From positions 1 to 24,626 of the forward strand of contig JANOTL010000042.1 in NCBI GenBank assembly GCA_031416315.1: a stretch of DNA of 24,626 nt, read 5' to 3'. The DNA comes from Pseudomonadota bacterium. GTDB lineage: Bacteria; Bdellovibrionota_B; Oligoflexia; Oligoflexales; CAIYRB01. This document shows positions 8,033 to 19,299 of the stretch, piece by piece; position 1 is the stretch's first letter; each line of letters opens with the position of its first letter. The notes under the pieces are model-generated. The model saw only the letters and a program-made list of their open reading frames with translations. It did no database searches and was not told the DNA's origin. A program made the translations under genes and the position numbers.

Positions 8033-8962
8033 ATGGATCGCTACCAGAGCACCTTGCGCAAGAAGCTGACGCTGAGCGGCATCGGCCTGCATTCAGGGCG
8101 GAAAGTGCGCCTCGACGTGCTCCCCGCGATGCCCAACACCGGGATCGCCTTTCAGCGTACCGACCTCGCCTTCGCGCCGCAGATCAAGGCCAACGTCGCC
8201 AACATCAGCTCGACCGACCTTTCGACCACGATCGGCGCGGGCGAGAACAAGGTCTCGACCATCGAGCACCTCATGGCCGCGTTCGCCGGCCTCGGCATCG
8301 ACAACGCCCTCGTCCTCGTCGACGCGCCCGAGCTCCCGATCATGGACGGCAGCGCCGCGCCCTTCGTCGACCAGCTCCTCATGGCCGGCGTCGTCAAAGT
8401 CAACGGTGCTCGCCTCCTCCTCGTCGTGAAAAAGGCTTTCGAGGTTCGCGCCGGCGACAAGCTCATGCGCATCGAGCCCTCGGACCGTCTCGAATTCTCG
8501 TGCACCGTTGACTACGGTAAGAGCGTGATCGGCCGCCAGGAGCTCGACCTCGTCTTCAGCCGCTCGAGCTTCCTCGACCTGTGCGAGTCGCGCACGTTCT
8601 GCCACCTCAACGAAGTGAACGCGATGCGCAACGTCGGCCTCGCCCTCGGCGGATCCCTCGATAACGCCATCGTCGTCACCGATACGGTCGTCATGAATCC
8701 CGGTGGCCTGCGCACTGCCGACGAGTTCGTCCGCCACAAGCTTCTCGACGCGATCGGCGACCTCGCCCTCCTCGGCTCCCCGCTTCTCGGCCGCGTCACG
8801 TTGCACAAGGGCGGCCACGCGCTGCACGCCGCGTTCGTGAAAGAGCTCATGGCCCGCAAGGACGAGCTTCTGACCGTCGTCGAGTTCGGCTCCGTCCGCG
8901 AGCGCCGCGCCGCGATGTCGGAAGGCGTCGCCGCGATCGCCGCCGCTGCCGCGATCGGCTGA
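8033..8962 (+). CDS. lpxC: UDP-3-O-acyl-N-acetylglucosamine deacetylase
   Basis: GIGLHSG, TIEHLMAA, ELPIMDGSA, RTF, GGSLDNA, RHKLLDAIGDL, GH motifs; GGAG SD before ATG 8033. Confidence 0.97.
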   Translation: MDRYQSTLRKKLTLSGIGLHSGRKVRLDVLPAMPNTGIAFQRTDLAFAPQIKANVANISSTDLSTTIGAGENKVSTIEHLMAAFAGLGIDNALVLVDAPELPIMDGSAAPFVDQLLMAGVVKVNGARLLLVVKKAFEVRAGDKLMRIEPSDRLEFSCTVDYGKSVIGRQELDLVFSRSSFLDLCESRTFCHLNEVNAMRNVGLALGGSLDNAIVVTDTVVMNPGGLRTADEFVRHKLLDAIGDLALLGSPLLGRVTLHKGGHALHAAFVKELMARKDELLTVVEFGSVRERRAAMSEGVAAIAAAAAIG

Positions 8963-8995
8963 GTCCGCCGAGAAAAAGGCCAATTGACGTCGCGC

Positions 8996-9979
8996 TCAGG
9001 CCGCCGTCATGCCCGTCAATAGATCGCGCGCCACGTCATGCCAGCCCAAGTCATGAAGCTCGCGCAAAACCGGCGCGATGCTCTTCAAGATCTGCGGATC
9101 GCGGCCGAGGTGCTTGAGATCGAGGTCGGGAAGCAGCGTCAGCGCATCCCCCCGCGCGCGTCGGATCAAGGCGAGCTTCAGAAGCGCCGTCGCCACGTCG
9201 GCGTTCGTCGCATGCCCGCTCGCGTGCGGCCGCAGCTCCTGCCAGGCCCTGCCGACGATCTCTGGCGCCGCGCCCTCCTCGCCGAGAGCGATCATCGCCA
9301 TGAACAGCGCGATCTCCGGATTTCCCGGTGCGATCTTCGCGCACTCAGCGAGCGCCTTGTAAGCCTCTTCGGCGTCACCGAGCAGGTGCTGCGCTTTTGC
9401 CAGCTGAAACCAGCCTAAAATCTCGCGCGGCGACAGGTGCACGGCCAAGCGCAGAGCCTGAGCCGCCTCGCGCGGCCTCAAGAGCTCGATCAAAGCTTGG
9501 CCCTGAATCGTATAAACATAGGAATATGGCTGATCGACCTTCTCGCATTCGTCGAGACAGGCCTCCGGCTTTCCGAGATTCAAGGCGGTCCATGCGGCGA
9601 GGAACCGCAAGGCGACGAGGCTCGTCGCTTCGGCGCCGGCCTGCATCGCGAGAAAGAAGCCGTCCCCGGCGTCCTCGCGAATCGCCACTTCACCGAACTG
9701 CGACATGATGTGAAGAAAGTCGCCGCCGCACGCCTGCACCAAGGCATCCGCGGCCAGAAAATCCGAAAGCGGCGACGGCGCCGCGCGAACGAAGCGCGAG
9801 AAGGCGTCGGCCCAACTTCGCGCTGCCCGACGTTCCATCGTCGGTGCCAGGACGAGCGTCTCGCAAGTTTGGAAGACGAGCCATTCCGCGGCCGCGAGCG
9901 ACTGCAACGGCACCTCGCGCTGCCGTTCGTGCCAGCGTGCGAGCGCGGGAAACTGATCGAGGGAAGGCAGACGTCCCAT
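8996..9979 (-). CDS. Tetratricopeptide repeat protein
   Basis: TPR units (YTIQGQALIELLRPREAAQALRLAVHLSP; WFQLAKAQHLLGDAEEAYKALAECAKIAPGNPE). Start set at ATG 9979 because the longer ORF-track start overlaps comEC. Confidence 0.75.
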   Translation of the reverse strand: MGRLPSLDQFPALARWHERQREVPLQSLAAAEWLVFQTCETLVLAPTMERRAARSWADAFSRFVRAAPSPLSDFLAADALVQACGGDFLHIMSQFGEVAIREDAGDGFFLAMQAGAEATSLVALRFLAAWTALNLGKPEACLDECEKVDQPYSYVYTIQGQALIELLRPREAAQALRLAVHLSPREILGWFQLAKAQHLLGDAEEAYKALAECAKIAPGNPEIALFMAMIALGEEGAAPEIVGRAWQELRPHASGHATNADVATALLKLALIRRARGDALTLLPDLDLKHLGRDPQILKSIAPVLRELHDLGWHDVARDLLTGMTAA

Positions 9980-10047
9980 CGGGACCCCGTGGAAGGCGCG
10001 GCGAGCGCGGCGGCGGCTCCGATCGCAAGCGATGGGGCCGTACCGCA

Positions 10048-10056
10048 ATTTTACCA
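10048..10056 (-). promoter_or_regulatory. Candidate extended -10 element for the TPR gene
   Basis: TG-G-TAAAAT on the minus strand, about 70 nt upstream of ATG 9979, an AT-rich spot in GC-rich surroundings. Confidence 0.35.
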
Positions 10057-10067
10057 CTCCGCACGCG

Positions 10068-11450
10068 ATGTCGCTTCTCCGCCGCCCTGGCATGCGGCAA
10101 GTTCGCGCCATGCTCGGGCTCTGGACAATCTCCGTCATTCTCGGCCTCGTCGCGGCCCGCGGCATTGGACCGCCCATAGCGCTCGTCGTTGCGCTCGCGA
10201 CTCTCACGCCGCTGGCATCTTTCTTGATCTTGGCGACGCTCCTCGCGGCTTGGCGACGCTGGCCAGCTCTCCTCGTTTGCGTCGGCTGTCTCCACGGTTT
10301 CGCGCACGCCGCCCCCTCCTCGCTGCCGCCTCGCACCGCGGCGGAGGTCGTCGCCGTCAATCTCGTCGAGCATCGCGTCGCCCGCGTCCTCGTCACGGCC
10401 GGCGACCGTGTTTACGAGGTCGATGCGTACGCAACCCTAGAATCCCGCGTCGCCCGTCGGGGCCCGGCACGTCCCGGACTTTTCGCCCCGCAACTCCGCA
10501 CCCGTCTCCTCTATGCGGCGCCCGCCGCCCCAAGCTTGCCGATCCGAGCGGGCGAAGCCTTGTCCCGCAAGGCCGCCGAGGCAAGCCGCGCGCAGCCTCG
10601 CGCGATCGGCGCCTTCGTTCGCGCCGTCACGGTTGGCGACGGCGCGAGCCTCGCCATCGGCGTAAAAGACGACTTTCGCGCCGCCGGCATCTTCCACCTT
10701 CTCATCGTGAGCGGGCAGCACGTCACGTTGGTGGCCTTGTTCGCTGCCGCCGTTCTTGGCGCACCGGCCCGCGTTGCGTATGCGCTACGCTTGATTCCTC
10801 CACATGCGTGGCCTCCGTTCGACGCAACTCTCCGCGTAGCATCCGTTGGAGTCGCCGCGATCTACGCTGGTGCGAGTGGCTTCTCAGCCGCAACGCAGCG
10901 AGCTGTCGTTCTCTACGCCGTTTGGCAGCTGGGACGCGTCTTCTTCGGCGTGCCGCCGCCTGCCCGCCGCCTCGTTCTCGGCTTCGCCGCGCAGGCGGCG
11001 ATGTTTCCGATCGGTCTGATCGGGCCCGGCACCACGATGAGCTGGGCTGCCTATCTCCTCATTGCGGTAGCCGGCGCAACGCCGCGCGGCCTCGCATGGG
11101 CGCAGGCGAAGCTCGCCATTTTGACCGCAGCGGTCTTCGGCGAGCTCGCGCCGCTCGGCGTCGCGGTGAACTTGCTCCTGGTTCCCGTCTTCACCGCTGC
11201 CATGGCCGCCGCCGGCGCTCTCGTTCTCTTGCCTGGCGTGGTCGACGGACCGGCGCAGGCGCTCATTTGGGCGTTTCTCGAAGCCGTCGCCTATTTCGCC
11301 ACGCTTTCGCGGCGTTTCGGCCGGCTCGAGCATCTGTCTCCCGCCGTTCGCGCCGCGTTCTTGGTCGCGGCCGGCCTGATCGTCCTCAATACGCTGCGGC
11401 GCGTGACGATAAGTCGGTACGAACAGGATCGTGACTCGCGAACTTTCTAG
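10068..11450 (+). CDS. comEC: ComEC/Rec2 family competence membrane protein (no C-terminal metallo-beta-lactamase domain)
   Basis: DDFRAAGIFHLLIVSGQHV matches the competence-domain motif (F..tG..HllAiSGlH); SAATQRA, NLLLVP; many TM helices. Start uncertain (10032/10068/10092/10110). Confidence 0.85.
   Translation: MSLLRRPGMRQVRAMLGLWTISVILGLVAARGIGPPIALVVALATLTPLASFLILATLLAAWRRWPALLVCVGCLHGFAHAAPSSLPPRTAAEVVAVNLVEHRVARVLVTAGDRVYEVDAYATLESRVARRGPARPGLFAPQLRTRLLYAAPAAPSLPIRAGEALSRKAAEASRAQPRAIGAFVRAVTVGDGASLAIGVKDDFRAAGIFHLLIVSGQHVTLVALFAAAVLGAPARVAYALRLIPPHAWPPFDATLRVASVGVAAIYAGASGFSAATQRAVVLYAVWQLGRVFFGVPPPARRLVLGFAAQAAMFPIGLIGPGTTMSWAAYLLIAVAGATPRGLAWAQAKLAILTAAVFGELAPLGVAVNLLLVPVFTAAMAAAGALVLLPGVVDGPAQALIWAFLEAVAYFATLSRRFGRLEHLSPAVRAAFLVAAGLIVLNTLRRVTISRYEQDRDSRTF
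11386..11412 (+). promoter_or_regulatory. Candidate sigma28 (FliA)-type promoter for the CheY-like gene
   Basis: TCAA-N15-GACGATAA versus consensus TAAA-N15-GCCGATAA, about 50 nt before ATG 11462. Confidence 0.45.
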
Positions 11451-11461
11451 AGGGATTCCGT

Positions 11462-11932
11462 ATGAGCTCGAAACCGTGGCAAGGCCAAAGCGTCGTCATC
11501 GTGGACGATTCGCCGATGGTGCGCGATACCCTCCGCGGCGTTTTCGAGTCGATGGGCATGCAGGTCAAAGGCGTGGCGCAGAACGGCTCCGTCGGCCTCG
11601 AGCTGGTGCAGAAGCATCGCCCCGACCTCGTCAGCCTCGACGTGATCATGCCGGAGATGGACGGCGTCGAGTGCTACAAGAAGCTCAAAGCCGGCAATCC
11701 AGATCAAAAGGTCGTGATGATCTCGTGGCTCGGCGCCGAGCAGAAGATCCTCGACAACCTGAAGGACATCATCCCGGGCCACATCTTCACGCCGAAGCCC
11801 GCGACCGTCGACGAGCTCGAGATTCGTCTCGCGAAAATCTACGGGCTCGTCCCGGTCGCCTTACCGGTCGCCGCGCCGGAAGCCGACGTGCCGATCTCCG
11901 ATCTCAAGACGCTATCCGCGCGCGTGAGCTGA
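11462..11932 (+). CDS. Single-domain (CheY-like) response regulator with C-terminal tail
   Basis: VIVDDS, phospho-acceptor LDVIMPEMDG, conserved Ser (MISW) and KP; AGAGGGA SD. Confidence 0.9.
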   Translation: MSSKPWQGQSVVIVDDSPMVRDTLRGVFESMGMQVKGVAQNGSVGLELVQKHRPDLVSLDVIMPEMDGVECYKKLKAGNPDQKVVMISWLGAEQKILDNLKDIIPGHIFTPKPATVDELEIRLAKIYGLVPVALPVAAPEADVPISDLKTLSARVS

Positions 11933-11958
11933 GGAGCGACCTCGTCGCCCCACGCGCC

Positions 11959-13086
11959 TTACGCGACCGCTGAAGCGGCCCGGCCCCTGCCGGGCCGTTC
12001 TGCTTGTAGGTTGGACATGATCGCCGCGTGATCTTCCTTCGCGCGCATGCCGGCGACGTAGCCGCTCGCTGCCGCGACCGCTCCCGTGAAAAGCGCGACC
12101 GCGAAGAACGCCGGATGCCAGACGGCGCCGAGGGCCAGCAAGAAGAGCGTGGCGACCCCGGTGATTACCGAGTTCACCCACAGCTTGTCCTTGTGCTGAA
12201 TGGCGATCTCGCCCGCGAGGATACCGTTGTTGTAGCCCTCGAGAACGACGCTCTTCTCTCTTGCCTGGTAGAAGTAGCGCAGCGCTGTACGCGGTCTATA
12301 CACATAGGTTGCGTACCAAAAGGGCAGATGCACGAGCTGAATGCCCGCGACCTCGACCTCGGTGCGGTAGTCGGTGAGGAAGTCGACGTTACTGCGCGCG
12401 AGCTCCAAGTGATATTGCTCGACGTGCATCTTCGAGCGACGCAGCGCCTCGTCCTCGTTCACCTGCACGCCGAGGAGCGGCAAGCCGTTGGCGAACTTGA
12501 ACTCGAAGAACTCGCGCGCGTCGTAAGCCGACTTCTCGTTCGCCGTGTCCTGGATCTGGCCCCGCGAGAAGGTCGAGTCGAGCGGAAAGCCGTCCCACTG
12601 GACTCGCATGTCTTCTTTGGGCTCGTGGAGCCGCGTCATGCCCCACGACTCGCAGATGTTGTTCCGGCCCGAGACGGCCCAGCGGTAATTCCGCTTGAAG
12701 GTCCCGCTTTCGATCAGGAAGTCTCCGCCCGGAGCCTGCTCGAGCTTCTGGCGGGTCTGCCGCTTGACCAGCCCCTTCCAGTGCGTGTGCGCCTCCATCG
12801 AGACGACCCAGAAGGGGATGCTCAAGCCACTGATATTGACGACGTAATACTCTTTCTCAGTGGCGCCGGGTTTGTGGTTGAGGCGCTTCAACCACTCTAG
12901 TACAAGCGTCTTGACCTGCGTAGGACTCGACGTGTTCGCGACGATGTAATGATCGCCGAACGGCTCCTTTTGACCCGACTCCGACTCCAGCTTGAACGTG
13001 CAGGAGCAGAACGGACACATCAAAAGGTAGTCGCTGAAGTCGTACTGCGACGGCGAATTGCACGCCGGACAGGCTAACTCGTACAT
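11959..13086 (-). CDS. Zinc-ribbon membrane-anchored protein (YdjG-like)
   Basis: N-terminal CPAC...CPFC, internal IPFW and HLPFWYATY motifs, two C-terminal hydrophobic helices; GGAGG SD before ATG 13086. Confidence 0.65.
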   Translation of the reverse strand: MYELACPACNSPSQYDFSDYLLMCPFCSCTFKLESESGQKEPFGDHYIVANTSSPTQVKTLVLEWLKRLNHKPGATEKEYYVVNISGLSIPFWVVSMEAHTHWKGLVKRQTRQKLEQAPGGDFLIESGTFKRNYRWAVSGRNNICESWGMTRLHEPKEDMRVQWDGFPLDSTFSRGQIQDTANEKSAYDAREFFEFKFANGLPLLGVQVNEDEALRRSKMHVEQYHLELARSNVDFLTDYRTEVEVAGIQLVHLPFWYATYVYRPRTALRYFYQAREKSVVLEGYNNGILAGEIAIQHKDKLWVNSVITGVATLFLLALGAVWHPAFFAVALFTGAVAAASGYVAGMRAKEDHAAIMSNLQAERPGRGRAASAVA

Positions 13087-13152
13087 GGGCTTGGACCCTC
13101 CATTTCTAATGGTATCATGGGGGTCCTTTTCGGCCGGCCTCCACTCAGTCAC

Positions 13153-13180
13153 TTGACAGTCACGCCGCCGAACTTAGCTT
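13153..13180 (+). promoter_or_regulatory. Sigma70-type promoter of dnaK
   Basis: Perfect TTGACA (13153-58), 16-nt spacer, TAGCTT (13175-80). Confidence 0.5.
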
Positions 13181-13229
13181 GTGAGAAGCAAAGCCGGGGT
13201 CACACGAAACCGGGCAGAGGAGCAAAAAC

Positions 13230-15137
<1,908 letters not shown>

Positions 15138-15144
15138 TTGCGCA

Positions 15145-15900
15145 TCAGGTCGAAGCGAACTTCTTGAGCGCAGTCAGAAGGTCGATGGGGATTGGGAAGA
15201 CGATCTTCATCGACGGCTCTGACGAGATGTCGCTCAGCGTCTGCAGGTAGCGCAGCTGGATGGTGATGGGGCTCTTCTCCATCAGCTCCGCTGCCTCCTG
15301 CAGCTTCGTCGCCGCTTCGAACTCGCCGGCCGCGGCGATCACCTTCGCCCGGCGTTCGCGCTCCGACTCGGCTTCGCGCGCCATAGCCCGCTGCATGTCC
15401 GGCGGCAGGTCGATGTGCTTCACTTCCATCGACTCGACTTTGACGCCCCACGGACCGGTGTTCTCGTCGAGAATGCGGGATATCTGCGTGTTGATCTTCT
15501 CCCTTTCGGTCAAGAGCTCGTCGAGCTTGTGCTCGCCGAGGATCGACCGTAGATGCGTCTGCGCCAGCTGACTCGTCGCATAGAGATAATTTTCGACGGC
15601 GCAGACGGCCTTGATCGGGCTCACGACGCGGAAGAAAAGCACGGCGCTGACCTTCAAGCTCACGTTGTCGCGGCTGATGACGTCCTGCGGCTCGACGTCC
15701 ATGGTGATCGTCCGGATCGACACGCGCGCCATGCGATCGATCAACGGGATCAGAAAGAAGACGCCGGGCCCCTTCTCCTTGCCGAGCACGCGCCCGAGCC
15801 GGAAGATGACGGCGCGCTCGTACTCCGGGATGACCTTCACCGAGGTCATCAAAAAGATGCCCACGACGACCAAAACAAGAATAAATCCAAGACCTTCCAC
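15145..15900 (-). CDS. SPFH/stomatin-like (slipin) membrane protein
   Basis: N-terminal [65 protein letters not shown] before GTG. Confidence 0.93.
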   Translation of the reverse strand: MEGLGFILVLVVVGIFLMTSVKVIPEYERAVIFRLGRVLGKEKGPGVFFLIPLIDRMARVSIRTITMDVEPQDVISRDNVSLKVSAVLFFRVVSPIKAVCAVENYLYATSQLAQTHLRSILGEHKLDELLTEREKINTQISRILDENTGPWGVKVESMEVKHIDLPPDMQRAMAREAESERERRAKVIAAAGEFEAATKLQEAAELMEKSPITIQLRYLQTLSDISSEPSMKIVFPIPIDLLTALKKFAST

Positions 15901-15915
15901 AAAAGCTCCTTTGCG

Positions 15916-17196
15916 TCAGCTTCGCCGCACCGTCAGCACTAGTCCTTCGACTTTGTCGACCATGATGGCGTCGCCTTTCGCGACCGCCTCGCTCGTGACG
16001 GCGCTCCAGATCGAGCCGTCGACGCGGACTTGCCCGCGCTGCGCCTCGAACGCCGTGACGGCGATCCCGCGCGCGCCGATCAGCGCCTCGCGTCCAGAGA
16101 CGACCGGCGCCTTTCGCGCCCGCATCACGAGGTAGCCAAGCGCGAGAAACGCGACCCCGACCGTGATCGCCCCAGGCGCGATCATGAACCAGGAGACCCG
16201 CAGCCCCGCCGCGTCCGTCGGGTCGACGAGAAACGCCGATCCCAAGACGAGCGCGACCAGCCCGCCGATCCCGAGCACGCCGAAGCTCGGGACGAACGCC
16301 TCTGCTACGAGCATCGCGACCCCGAGCAGGATCAACGCCGCGGCGCCCAAGCTCACCGTGAGCACCGAGGTCGCGATCAAAGCGAGGATCAAGCAGATCC
16401 CGCCGACGATCCCCGGCAAGAACATGCCCGGGTGCGTGAGCTCGAACCCGATGCCGATCAACCCCGCCATGAAGAGCAGGTAAAAGAGGTTCGGATTCGA
16501 AAGCACTTCGAGCAGCTTCTGCCGCAGGCTTTTGTCAAAGCGCACTCGTGCTGCACCCTTGGTCGCGAGCACGATTTTCTTGCCCGACTCGAGCTCGACC
16601 TCGCGGCCTTCGAGCTTTTCGAAGAGCTCCGTCGGATCCTTCGCGACCAGGTCGATGACTTTGTTTGCCAGCGCCTCGTCGTCGGTGATCGAGACCGAGG
16701 TCGCGACGAAGGAGCGCGCCATGTCGATATTGCGCCCGCGGCGTTTCGCGATCGACTCCATAAACGCCAGCGTGTCGTTCAGCATCTTGCGCTCGGCCTC
16801 GCCCGCCTCAACGTCCTTGCCGCTTGCTTGGATCGGGTGCGCGGCGCCGATGTTCGTCCCCGGAGCCATCGCCGCGACGTGCGCCGCAAGGGTAATGAAC
16901 GCGCCGGCGCTGCCCGCTCGCGAGCCGGCCGGCCCGACCCAGACGATCACGGGGATCGGCGCACCGATGATCGACTTCACCATGTCGCGCGTGCTGTCGA
17001 GCGCGCCGCCGGGCGTGTCGAGGCGCACGAGCACGCCGTCGTTCCCTTCGGTCACCGCTTCCGTGATCGCCGTGTCGAGAATGTCCTTCGACGCCGGCCC
17101 GATGATGCCGATCTCGACCTCGAGCCAGCTTCCTGCCCGCGCGGTTCCCGCGCCAAAACATGCGAACATCGCCAGAAGCGCGAGAAGGCGGCTCAC
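15916..17196 (-). CDS. nfeD: NfeD long-form membrane-bound serine protease (ClpP class)
   Basis: Signal peptide, LDTPGG, RAGSAG (Ser), MAPGTNIGAAHP, RKMLND (Lys), TM bundle, C-terminal OB domain GQVRVDGSIWSA; GTG overlaps the upstream TGA (GTGA). Confidence 0.92.
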   Translation of the reverse strand: MSRLLALLAMFACFGAGTARAGSWLEVEIGIIGPASKDILDTAITEAVTEGNDGVLVRLDTPGGALDSTRDMVKSIIGAPIPVIVWVGPAGSRAGSAGAFITLAAHVAAMAPGTNIGAAHPIQASGKDVEAGEAERKMLNDTLAFMESIAKRRGRNIDMARSFVATSVSITDDEALANKVIDLVAKDPTELFEKLEGREVELESGKKIVLATKGAARVRFDKSLRQKLLEVLSNPNLFYLLFMAGLIGIGFELTHPGMFLPGIVGGICLILALIATSVLTVSLGAAALILLGVAMLVAEAFVPSFGVLGIGGLVALVLGSAFLVDPTDAAGLRVSWFMIAPGAITVGVAFLALGYLVMRARKAPVVSGREALIGARGIAVTAFEAQRGQVRVDGSIWSAVTSEAVAKGDAIMVDKVEGLVLTVRRS

Positions 17197-17762
17197 CCGA
17201 GCCGTCCCATGAGCTTCTGCAGGTCGGTCCAAGCCTCGCGTTTCGCCGGCGGATGGCGCAAAAGGTCACGAGGATGGTGCGTGACGAGCCAGGCCGCATC
17301 GCTCAGCATCGGCAATTCGTGCAAATTGCCGCGAAGCTCGTGAAACCCGGCGCGCTCGCCGAACACGGCGCGCGTCGCCACCATTCCCATGACGACGACG
17401 CCCTGCGGCTTCAAGATCCCCAGCAGCGTCTTCAATTCCGTCGCCGGCATCTCGCTGCGTAGCGCCGTCGTGACGAAGTAATCTTCGGGCGCGAGCTTCA
17501 TCGCCAGCGCGATTTTTTCGAGGAGTTCGCGCTCGGCCGCGACTTCCGGACCGAGCGGACCGTCGCCGATGAAAACGACGCGTGGCGTCTCGCTGCCCCA
17601 GCCGAACAGCTCCCGTGCCGGCTCCGCCGCTTGCTCCGGGCTTGGCTCCGCCTCGACGAGGGAGAGCTCCGGAAGTGTGCGCTCGCGCACAACCGGATAG
17701 GTCAGGCCGCGGTCCTGCAGCCACTCGAAATAGGCATCAAATTGTGCGCTCTTGAGGTCCAC
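17193..17762 (-). CDS. Degenerate uracil-DNA glycosylase family-4-like protein
   Basis: LFGWG...VVFIGDGP, LLEKIALAMKL...YFVT, P..VVVMG..A, LRG, THHPRDLLRHPPAKREAWTDL follow the UDG-F4 layout; no Cys residues. Confidence 0.75.
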   Translation of the reverse strand: MDLKSAQFDAYFEWLQDRGLTYPVVRERTLPELSLVEAEPSPEQAAEPARELFGWGSETPRVVFIGDGPLGPEVAAERELLEKIALAMKLAPEDYFVTTALRSEMPATELKTLLGILKPQGVVVMGMVATRAVFGERAGFHELRGNLHELPMLSDAAWLVTHHPRDLLRHPPAKREAWTDLQKLMGRLG

Positions 17763-17785
17763 GCCGCCTTATAGCAGCTCTACTC

Positions 17786-19291
17786 TCAGGAAGCGAGGCG
17801 CGTCCGGCGGCGTATGCTGGCCTTTTGCATGCACTCAATCGCTTGCGCCGCGCAACGCTCTGGAGCGTAGGAAAGTGACTCCGCCTTGCGGAACAGCAAG
17901 GCGGCCTTGACCCACTGCTGCGAGCGCGCATGCACGTCGGCGAGCAGGTAGAAAGCCTGGCCGTTGGCGGGATTCATCGAGATCGCCTTGTTAGCGGCGT
18001 CGGTCGCTTCCTGCGGCTTCTGCAGACCCATGTAGGCTTCGGTCAAGGCGCAGAAAATGTCCGCCGACGGTCCGACCTTCGCGGCCTCGAGCAGAACGTT
18101 GACGGCGCCTTGGAAGTCCGCACGCTTCAAAAGAATGCTCGATTTCAGGCGGTAGGCCTGCGCGTTCTCGGGATCGTTCTCGATCAATTCGTTGATCGTG
18201 TTCATCGCTTCGTCTTCGCGTTCGTACTTCATGAGGAACATGGCCAGCAGAATGTAGGTGTCGGACCGGCCCGGGTGCGTCGATTTCTCATCCTTGAGGA
18301 AGAGCTCGGCCTTGCGCGGCTCGTTCGCCGCGACGGCGCACTTGAGCGCGGCTTCCAGTGACTTGGTGTTGTTCGGGTGATAGCGACGCACGCGCTTAAA
18401 GTAGTAGAGCGCCTTGTCGAGGTTGTCGGCGATTGAGTAGGCCTGTCCCATCCCCATCAACGCGATCAAGTGCTTCGGGTCGTCTTGCAGCACGACGCGG
18501 AAGTGATCGACCGCCCCCATGGCATCGCCCTCTTTGAGGAGGAGTTTCGCCAGCTGCGCCTGCCGCGCGGGCTGCTTGGGGTTGATCTGCAGCTCGTTCT
18601 TCAACGCTTCGACGGCGTCCCGGACGAGGTTCTTTTTGAGGAAGATGTCGGCGATGGCGCCGTAGAGCTTATGGTAGCTATGGTTCTTTTTCAGCGTCAG
18701 CCGGAGGATTTGCACGGCCTCGTCCTCGCGCCCGAGCTTTTCCAGGGAGAGCGCCCGCCCGAGCGCCGCCCGCACGCTCTCGGCGTCGATTTTGAGCGCC
18801 GCCTCGAAGCCCTCGCGCGCTTTGTCGAATTCGCCGGCGAGGAAGCAGCGCTCGGCCTTCCGGACGGTCTTGAGGAGCGGCGTCGGCGAGAAAAATTTCG
18901 TCAAGGTCTTCTGGACTTTCTTCTCCAAATCGCCAGCCTGGAAGGGCTTTAGGACATAGTCGTCGGCGCCCATATCGGCGACGCGCACGATCTCGTCCTT
19001 GCTGGCTTCGCCGGTCACGACCAGCACGGGGATGTCGGCGCCGACGTCGCGCTTGCGCACGGCCTCGAGCACGACAAAGCCCGAAACGTTGCGCATGTAG
19101 AGGTCGAGCACGACAAAGTCGATCGGCTTCTTCGCCAGGATGCGCAGCGCCTCGTCGCCGTCGAACGCTTCGACGATGTCCGTGAATCCCATGCCGATCA
19201 TCACCCGTTTGATCGCTTTGCGGATGGGATCGTGGTCGTCGACGATCAAGACCGTGACGTTCTGGGGATTGTAAGTCGCGTCGTTGCTCAT
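17786..19291 (-). CDS. Response regulator receiver domain fused to TPR repeats
   Basis: LIVDDH, VLDLYMRNVSG, VTG, LKPF receiver motifs followed by many TPR units. Confidence 0.9.
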   Translation of the reverse strand: MSNDATYNPQNVTVLIVDDHDPIRKAIKRVMIGMGFTDIVEAFDGDEALRILAKKPIDFVVLDLYMRNVSGFVVLEAVRKRDVGADIPVLVVTGEASKDEIVRVADMGADDYVLKPFQAGDLEKKVQKTLTKFFSPTPLLKTVRKAERCFLAGEFDKAREGFEAALKIDAESVRAALGRALSLEKLGREDEAVQILRLTLKKNHSYHKLYGAIADIFLKKNLVRDAVEALKNELQINPKQPARQAQLAKLLLKEGDAMGAVDHFRVVLQDDPKHLIALMGMGQAYSIADNLDKALYYFKRVRRYHPNNTKSLEAALKCAVAANEPRKAELFLKDEKSTHPGRSDTYILLAMFLMKYEREDEAMNTINELIENDPENAQAYRLKSSILLKRADFQGAVNVLLEAAKVGPSADIFCALTEAYMGLQKPQEATDAANKAISMNPANGQAFYLLADVHARSQQWVKAALLFRKAESLSYAPERCAAQAIECMQKASIRRRTRLAS

Positions 19292-19299
19292 CGGGTTTC

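Noticed and set aside
9437..11434. 665-aa Arg-rich ORF
   Set aside because: Off-frame overlap with comEC and antisense to the TPR gene; R/P/A-rich composition typical of non-coding frames.
13087..13229. CIRCE or sigma32 elements before dnaK
   Set aside because: No TTAGCACTC-N9-GAGTGCTAA and no CCCCAT-type -10 at the right distance on the plus strand.
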